The translations under genes were made by a program, and so were the position numbers. A stretch of DNA of 64,000 nt from the human T2T-CHM13v2.0 reference genome, Homo sapiens: NCBI RefSeq assembly GCF_009914755.1, contig NC_060947.1; one strand, written 5' to 3'. Under the pieces are notes generated by a model. It was not told where the DNA came from and made no database searches. It saw only the letters and a program-made list of their open reading frames with translations. Positions 54,949 to 64,000 of this stretch are shown here, one piece after another (within the stretch, counting starts at the first letter, position 1; the number at the start of each line of letters is the position of its first letter).

Positions 54949-55860
54949 GATGGAATACCACTCAGCCATGAAAAGGAATGAATTAATGGCATTTACAGCA
55001 ACCTGGATGGAACTAGAGACTATTATTCTAAGTGAAGTAGCTTAGGAATGGGAAACTCAACATCGTATGTTCTCACTCATAAGTGGGAGCTAAGTTATGA
55101 GGATGCAAAGGCATAAGAATGATACAAAGGACTTTGGGGACTCGGGGGAAAGGGTGGGAGGGGGGCGAGAGATAAACGACTACAAATTGGGTTCAGTGTA
55201 TACTGCTTAGGTGATGGGTGCACAAAAATCTCACAAATTGCCACTAAAGAACTTATTCATGTAACCAAATACTACCTGTTCCCCCCAAAAAACTATGGAA
55301 ATAAATTTTTTTAAGAAATTAAGTCTATGAAAAGAAAAAAAGACAATCTTAGTAGCTCTAGTGGGAGATGATGGTGCTTGGACCAGGATACTAATAGTAA
55401 AAATCGAGAAAGAGAAGGACATTGGAGCTTCAAGGAAAATGGAGAAGCTTTGATGTATGGGTGGTAGGAAGTGAATTAACCAATGAAGTATAATGGAATT
55501 ATGAGGTAGTAGTAAGGGACATTTAAATATAAGAAACCATGAATTTATAGTGGAAACAATATACTTTGCTGCATAACTTTCTGCTACAATATTTGGCTGT
55601 TCAAGTGCAAGCACAAAGAAAGTTAAGAGTTGGGATCATACAGAACTAGAGTTTTGCAAGTGTGTCTGACCAAAAAGACAGAAATATTAATAAGAACATG
55701 TTCAAATGATAGACTATAGACTCTGAATTGGACAATAAAGTAAATAAAACAAGGGCTTGTGAGTTTGGAGAAAGCAGAGGTCAGTAGACTGGAAGACCTG
55801 ATATAGTCAAATATAGGCACAGTTGGGATAAAAGGAGGTTGTAATCAGAGAGTGTGATGA

Positions 55861-56186
<326 letters not shown>

Positions 56187-57239
56187 AGGTGAAGCATTTT
56201 CAGTAGCAGTTATAGAAGATGGAAAAGCAGAAGGTATTAATATAATGGTAGCAGTGTTTGGCCAAAGTAGAATGGAAGAGAAGATTATTAGGATGATATG
56301 GCAAAGAATGAAATAGTCAAGATATATAGTTGTCCACAGTCCATGTCCAATTGATGTCACCAGCATAACAGCAGGTCTTGGAGTAGAGAGGAGGACCATG
56401 ATACATATCCCAAAATATTCAATAAATTAAGGGTAGCGAATATGGAGAGTAGATGGAAGTAACAGGAGGTGTAGAAGATGCTAAAACAGAGAATGGCATT
56501 AGCCTCAAAAGCTTGTGAATGTGTTTAACAAAGGCAAAAGAATCATTGTTTGGGAAGCGTCATCAGTAAGCAGGGGATACAATTTCACCACATGGTCATG
56601 ATCTTGAGGTACTGAGGCATAATAACAGCCCCACTGGAGAAGAAATGGCTACAGGGAAGATAATATTCTCAATAGAGGCTCTAGAATGGCCCCAAATATT
56701 TTTTCACAAAGTAAACACTTTGTTTCACAGCAACTGCAGTTTCCTTCTCTTCACATTTCTTAAAGAAAGAGACACTCTCTAACAACTGAGAATTTCCTTT
56801 AAAGAACTCCAGGATACTTTCCATTTGCCTTTATAGGAGTACAGGGAATATGCCAATCAGTTCCACATTATGGGGAAGAACATGAGACTAAGAGATACAG
56901 CCTAATTTTCCTGCACGCAATTTTGCAGAAGTTGTGATCTTAAAAGATGTTGGAAATTATCAGCTCTGTGGCCTTCTGACTCCAGCTGTTTGTTTTTCAA
57001 GGACATCCATCCCATTGTGCACTGCTCCTTTCTATATCTGGCTCACAAAGATCTGCTTTCCATCTGGATCCTGGTACCCAGCCCTAACGTTTTGAGGTCA
57101 TGAATACACATAAGTAGTCAAGGCAGTGCTGGACTCACAGTGACACTATGATCAGATCCACCTCCAGCTTCAAAAAAGCATTCAACTAAAAAGCATTAAA
57201 GCACATCTACATGGTAAATTCTAGAAAATCCTGGCTTTC

Positions 57240-58410
57240 TAAGTTTGAGTTACACTCTATACCTGACATGGCCACCCAAGTCAGTGAAGGAAACACATAA
57301 ACAGATGTCATGAGGATAATGGGAAGGCAGTTTTTTCACTGTCAGAGAAGGAAATTACAAATATGGAAAAGTTAAAAAAGAAACGGAATTAACACTGTGG
57401 CACTGGATTAGAATTAGAGAGTTTAGTATGAATTTATGGTTTTAGATAGACAGATTGATTGATATGAATATTATAGATACTAATTGAATAAAATAAAAAT
57501 CCATATGTGCACACTGATATAAATAATTGAATGAATAAATAAATGAGGAAGAAGAGAAGATTCTTTCTTATAATAAAATGTCAACCAGTAAATGCAGAAA
57601 CAATGATGGAATACGACATTTATCAATGGATGTCAAAATTATTGGGTAAAACTTTGATGAAGAACAGGATATTTACATAGATTAAAGTATCTCCCCCAAT
57701 GTTATGTATTAATTACAATGAGATAAATACAGTTACTCTCCAGTGGAGGAACTTGGCAGACACCACCTAAATTAAGTAATCAGGTTAACATCACCAGTAA
57801 TGGGATGATCAACATCATCCTGATAAAGTGCCTCCTGATAAAGTGCACTGAAAAAGACACATAACTTCTGTAGTATTCCGGCTGAAGATGCATAGTCTAA
57901 ATCGATCTTGAGGAACACAGGCAAACTAAAATTGAGGGACAGTCCATGAAATAATTGATCTGAATTCATCAAAAATATCAAAATGAAGAAAAACAAAGAA
58001 AATCTGAGAAACCGTTACAGATTAAAAGCAACTAAAAAGATATGACAGCAAACTGAATGTGTGAGACTGGATTGGAAACTGACCTGTGGGAATATTAGCT
58101 GTATTGTATAAGACCATTAGTAAAATTAGAATATGGGAAGTAGTTTAGATAATAATATTGTAGCAATGTTAAATTTTCTGATTTTGATCATTATACTGTA
58201 GTGTTTTTAGGAAGTACACACTGAAGTATTTAGAGGTAAAAGGGCATAGGGTCTACAACTTACTCTCAAATGGCTCAGAAAAATAATGTGCATAAATATA
58301 TAAATAGATAATAAAAAGCAACTAGGCAAAATGTACACAATTGCTGAATCTTTGAATTATTATTGAAGCTTTTTGTAGGTTTGAAATTATGTCAAAATTA
58401 AAAGCTACCC
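57240..58410 (+). mobile_element. Old L1 (L1MC/MD-like) 3' region
   Basis: cagtggaggaacttggcagacaccacct, aatgttaaattttctgattttgat, ctgaagtatttagaggtaaa. Confidence 0.7.
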
Positions 58411-58605
58411 CAAAAAAGATGTCATGGACACACTCTACCTTGGGTCAATACTTCTAGTGTATCAGCTGTCTCAGGTTTGGCCTGTTTTGGCACCATAATT
58501 TGGATTACGAAACCAGTGTAGAATTGTCTATTTTAGTTCTGACCTTGATCCCCCTTCTGGACTCATGTCTCATTATCTTGCCTTCATCTCCAAGCATTAC
58601 AATCA

Positions 58606-58940
<335 letters not shown>

Positions 58941-59399
58941 GAAAAATACCAAATCATAACATCTCTTCCTAACCTATAGGGCATGTCCTATCTTCCACAG
59001 GCCACATGTCTTCCATTTCCTTTGTTTTCTCACTTGTTCAGTGCTCTGGAAGTAGCAGTTGCCTCATTCAGATTTGTTGGAATGATTTGAAATTGCTCAC
59101 TTCATAAATGTAGAGCAATCTGTGATTGCCTTTTAAAATTGCACTTTCAAGAACCTGAAGGGACCCAAGATAGTATTCACAAGTCTTGTATGGACTCAGT
59201 CTAAGGAGGAGCCAAGATTTTAAAATGGCTTAGGAAGGATCATCAGTATCCCTGCCTTATCTACAGGCTGCTTTCTTAAGCAAGCCATCCAAGGACTCCT
59301 TGAACATAATTAGTGGGATTAGGGAAATAACCACTTTTCAAATAGAAATTACCAGGTGACTGGAAAATGAAGATTTGGAATGGTGATGGGATATTTACT

Positions 59400-59660
59400 T
59401 GATAATAATCATAATAGCTACCACTTGATAAAGAAGCTATGTGCCAGGAAATGCGCAAGATGCTTTACGTGTATTGTCTCTTAAAATCCTCATCCAACCT
59501 AAAGGGTAGACATTAATATAACCCTTTTGTAAATAAGGAAACTAAGACTTAGGGAGTTTAGATGACTTGCCCAAGTTATTACAGCTCTTACATGGTAGAG
59601 CCGAGATTTGAGTGCTTCATGTCTCTTTGACTCCAGAGCACATACCTTTGCCATTGCATG
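59400..59660 (+). mobile_element. MIR SINE
   Basis: aaggaaactaagacttagggagtttagatgacttgcccaag. Confidence 0.75.
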
Positions 59661-59804
59661 ATATGATCATACCAACCCATTAGCAACCCTGCAGTTTCCC
59701 TGCACTGATTTGTTAAGGGGTCTTCCTAAACAGCTCTGATGTTAGTTACTTTGGAGAACAGATTTATTTTAGTGGGAATTTACATAAACGAAGATTTCTC
59801 ATAC

Positions 59805-59894
59805 CATTTCGAACACATCACTTGCTCTTGATTTGATGGACTTAAGGTCTCCAAAATCTCCAAGGGAGAACTTTTTCAGCCACACCCAATCACC
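59805..59894 (-). CDS. GUCY2F: GUCY2F coding exon (~exon 8), start of kinase-homology domain: GDWVWLKKFSLGDFGDLKSIKSRASDVFEM
   Basis: 90 nt, phase 0/0. Acceptor ...tttctag| and donor |gtatga. Not in the ORF track; found by reading the minus strand. Splices in frame to the 38490-38666 exon. Confidence 0.93.
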
Positions 59895-60914
59895 CTAGAA
59901 AGAAAAGGAGGAGAATGAATAGTGATGAAACTTAGTTGCCAGCAGTTTTAGAAAAATGTCCCTTCCACATAAAGGGTTTATACCTATACCAGCAATCCAA
60001 ATAGACATTTTCCTTCTCTCCCACCCTCCACCTCACAGACATTCTGCATTCTGAGCTGAAATGAGGTCATGCACAGAAGTTAAACTTAAAAATTACAGTT
60101 ACTCAAGACAGGGAAACAATTGCAAGTATGTAGACTCCAGAAACGGAATGATACCACTCTTTGCAAAGCCTTTCTTAACTAACTGCAGGAAGTGCTAGGT
60201 CATTTCACTTTTTCATAGCTAAATGATGTAGCACCAGGTTCCCTGCGATTAATGGTGATAGTTAGTGGTTGCAATTCCCACTGCCTTGAGGCGTCTGTAG
60301 AGGGAAATGTAGGGTGGGAGATGTAGTGCAGCAAATGTTTCCTGCATTTACCTTGATCCATTTTTCTCTCGTGGGACAGGCCATTCGTGTGTGTGTATGG
60401 AGGGGGGGCTGTCTTATGCTTTAGTCACAATCCAATTGTCTTTAATCTAGATTAAATATTTTTTATTTGAGTGCTCAATGTACTACCATAGTAATGTGAG
60501 TAATCTAGAGTCTTCCAAAAGTCTATTTCTGACTTATTAAGTAAAAAACTGCTATTTTAAGGCTTCTGTCAAGTTAAAAACAACAACTATTTTATTGTTT
60601 TCACTTCAACACCAGCGCCTGATAGATAACCTTTTTCTACGTGCATAGCCTCAAGGATTCATCAGTCATAAAGCCCTATTTAGTTTCCGTCCAACCCAAA
60701 TTGTTTTAAAAAAAATATCAATATAGATTCTTTTTTCTCCATAATAGTAATAATGCCTTACATTTGCACAATGCTCTCTACTTTTCAAAGTGCTTTCACA
60801 TCCATTACCTACAGCCTGGAGATTCCATTTCGGGCTGCACCAACTTGTCATCAAGTAGAGATAATAAAGCAGAGGGCACTGTGCAGTCAAATTCCAAAAA
60901 TAAGAGTGTAACCG

Positions 60915-61249
<335 letters not shown>

Positions 61250-61514
61250 CTATGGCACTGCATCTGGAAACCTGCCAGAGGCAAAGGCTAATGGAAGCTG
61301 CAGGCTTCCGAGTTACCTGCCAGCACTTTGTATTAGCATTTACTAGCCAAGGAGCTCAAAGTCCTTTAACTAAGAAATGGCCCTCAGAGACCTTCAGCAG
61401 CTGGAAAAAAAAAAAAAAAAGAAAAAAAACTGCACTGGCCAGGCTCAGTGCCCAGAGAGTTCAGAAGGGTAGTACCGGATCAGTGCCTGCCTGCAGCAGA
61501 ATGGTCAAAGCATT

Positions 61515-61700
61515 TGATCCAGTAAATCTCCAAGTGTGGTCCCTGGACCAGCTGCATCAGCATCACCTGGAAACCGGTTAGAAAGGCCAATTCTCAAGCC
61601 CCACCCAACACTTAACGAAATCAGAAATCGTAGTAGGGTGAGGTCCAGCAAACTGTGTTTTAACAAGCCCTCCACGTGACTCTAATACAGGTGAAAATTT
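61515..61700. mobile_element. MER5A-like DNA transposon
   Basis: ccaagtgtggtccctggaccag...catcagcatcacctgg...tgtgttttaacaagccctcc. Confidence 0.8.
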
Positions 61701-63289
61701 GTGACCCACCATCCCAGCCTTTGCCTTTTCCTCGTATTTATGGAACTCTCCTCACTCACACTCTCTTCATTTACCTCTTACTACGTTTCCTTCATCAAAA
61801 TCTGCTCTCAGTCAGGGATCGAAAAGTCATTCACAGAAGTCAGGAGGGCCTGACACAAGCTTGAAGTTTTACCCTTCAGAGAACTTTGTCCTTTAGCGGG
61901 ATCAAAGGCTACCTATTAAGCTGAAAGAATAAAACTCTAACCGAAAATTTATGGAATCAGCCTATGTGTGGGAAAGACTGGTGAACAAAAAAGCCTTCCC
62001 GGCACCTTTGCAGCTATGTTACTGAGCCCATGGTCACTGCTAGCCACTATGGCACCTTTGTGCTAGTTAGAAAGGGTATTTTCTCTCAAATTTAAAAAAT
62101 CTTAACTTTGTGAGTATATCATCATACAGCCTGTGGCAGCCCTGTGATGTTAGGCAGCACACCCTGGCTGTATACATACAAGTACCATACTCTCATTTAT
62201 GGATACATCCCCCAGACACCAGGGAGCACATTCCACTAGCAGCATGGATGCTCTGCACATCACCAAATTCTATCTGCCCAGTGAAGCCTCCTTGTCACCT
62301 TTGGAGTCAGGCTTTAGGAGAGGGGGTGAGAAGTCGAAATTGGTTCTCTGAGAATATTAGGCAGGAGAGAAAAGCAACCTCAAGAAACTTCTGGAACATA
62401 GTCAAGATAGTACATACCCAGCTACACATGAGTTTACCAGTGATGATGTATGTGCATAGCTGGGAGTGCCAGTATAGATGTAGATGTGAGAAGGCTCTTC
62501 TACCACCTCATTCCAGAACTAGGCTGGGAAGCCAGAATCTCTGTGCCCACTTTGGTACCACTCACGCATAAATTGGCATATGTTACAATGTGAATATTAC
62601 CCTCTTAGATGTAGTTCCCTTTTGCAGTACACAACCTGAACATCAGTACTCGCAGTCCTGACTCTGCCTCAAACCTGGTACCTGATACCTTCTTCCTAGA
62701 GCCAGCCCTATTGCAAACATGGGCTAGCCTTCTGTCTGGCTTATTAAGTGCCACGAGCAGCTAAGCAGAGCTTTTTCATGCCAAATCAACAACTGTGAGA
62801 GCTGGAAAGGGTCATAGGTATCCATAACACAATCCCTTCATATTTTGATAAAGAAACTGAAAACTTAAGAGATTAAGTGACTGTCCCAAGGTCAGAAAAC
62901 TAGGTAGTAAAAGAGCCGCAAATTGACCCAAGGTCTTCCATCTCCTACTTTGTTGCTCTTTCCTCTCGTTAGGCTTTCTTTGGTTTGGGAGATTTGTGTG
63001 TGTTTGTTTTAAGATTTAAATAATTCTCACAAACTTTGTAAGCAAATTTTTATTGAGTCTGTGTGCGTTCTACTTCATGAATAATGAGGAAAAGGGAGGA
63101 AATGGGCAAGTTTTATCTTCACCACACATGCACTATTTGTTTTGTTTTTTTCTTTTAAGAGAGAATGATAAAATACTTCACTCATCACTCACTTTTTAAT
63201 TAAGAGCAAGAAACATCAAACTCTATTCACTAAACTTTTTAGAAGTAATTTAAAGTCCATCAGTTTTGAACTAAAGCCACGGTGTATTA

Positions 63290-63460
63290 ATAAGGGGAAA
63301 GAGCACTAGATCCTAGACCTGGCCCTGCTTCAAACTCAAGGGTGGCCTTAGAACAGCCACTCAATCTGCCTGAGCCTCAGTTTCCTCACTGATAAAGCTA
63401 GACTTACTAGATGATTCTTTAGGACTTACTAGGTGATTTCTGGACTTACTAGATGATTTT
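63290..63460 (-). mobile_element. MIR fragment ending in a triplicated ~21-bp unit
   Basis: ctgagcctcagtttcctcact followed by gacttactag(a/g)tgatt three times (63401-63458). Confidence 0.65.
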
Positions 63461-64000
63461 TTAGCTCTGATGATCTGCGATTCTGTGATAAGAAAGAAAA
63501 GATGGTTGACGGAAGGGAGGCGGCAGGGAGAGAGCTACAAGGGATATAGAATGTGAGAAGACAGAAAAAATGATCTGAGAAAGAGAGATGAATGGAGAGA
63601 GAGAAAGATGAGACAAAGAGGAAAACACAGGGAGAAGCAAAGAGGAAAGAGTAGTCAGAAAATGAAGAGGGAAGATGAATTCAGTGGGTTCTCTCTGAAT
63701 GTGTCAGGGTTACACTGCTGCCCACCACACCCCATCTCACCCAGACTGTAACTATTAGAGCAGATCCTGACATGTCCCCACTGCATCTGCCATTCACAGC
63801 TCTTTCTGCCTGGCAGTCCGCTCATCTGGCTTTCCTTTCACATTTCAAAGGCTATCTGTGAAATAAGGGCTGATTTTCCCACACAATTCCAAAGGTTATG
63901 CATCTGTGTGTACAATAAAAGTGTGAATTTGTGTGAGTGTAGTACAACGTGATGGCATGTCCTAAACCTGTCTTTTGCTATATCTGCTACTCCGGGCACC

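Noticed and set aside
62110-62571. 153-aa ORF
   Set aside because: GTG start, no recognisable domain, intronic and antisense to GUCY2F; most likely a chance ORF.
63401-63458. Repeat-spacer-like pattern
   Set aside because: Spacers are only 4-6 nt, there are no cas genes, and the context is eukaryotic; not CRISPR.

Overview
Primate (most likely human or great ape) genomic DNA, CpG-poor and repeat-rich. It carries the 3' part of the retinal membrane guanylyl cyclase gene GUCY2F (RetGC2) on the minus strand. I reconstructed 12 coding exons by hand (59805-59894 down to 5397-5484). All have GT/AG boundaries and consistent phases, and they splice into a 541-codon open frame plus TAA that covers the pseudokinase domain, the dimerisation helix, the cyclase domain and the C-terminus. 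Exon numbers (about 8-19, plus a non-coding exon 20) come from my recollection of a 20-exon gene model. The introns are mostly transposon debris: L1, L2, MIR, Alu, a full-length THE1A, MLT1/THE1B, LTR16, MER5, MER58 and MADE2. I see no prokaryote-type or otherwise new multi-gene system. The most unusual item is the 3' end of the gene. A splice donor lies 1 nt after the stop codon, and an intronic AATAAA follows it. A ~215-230 bp local duplication copies the probable terminal-exon acceptor, and the distal copy carries its own AATAAA. Together these suggest up to three alternative 3' ends. Repeat subfamily names and most repeat boundaries are estimates by eye.
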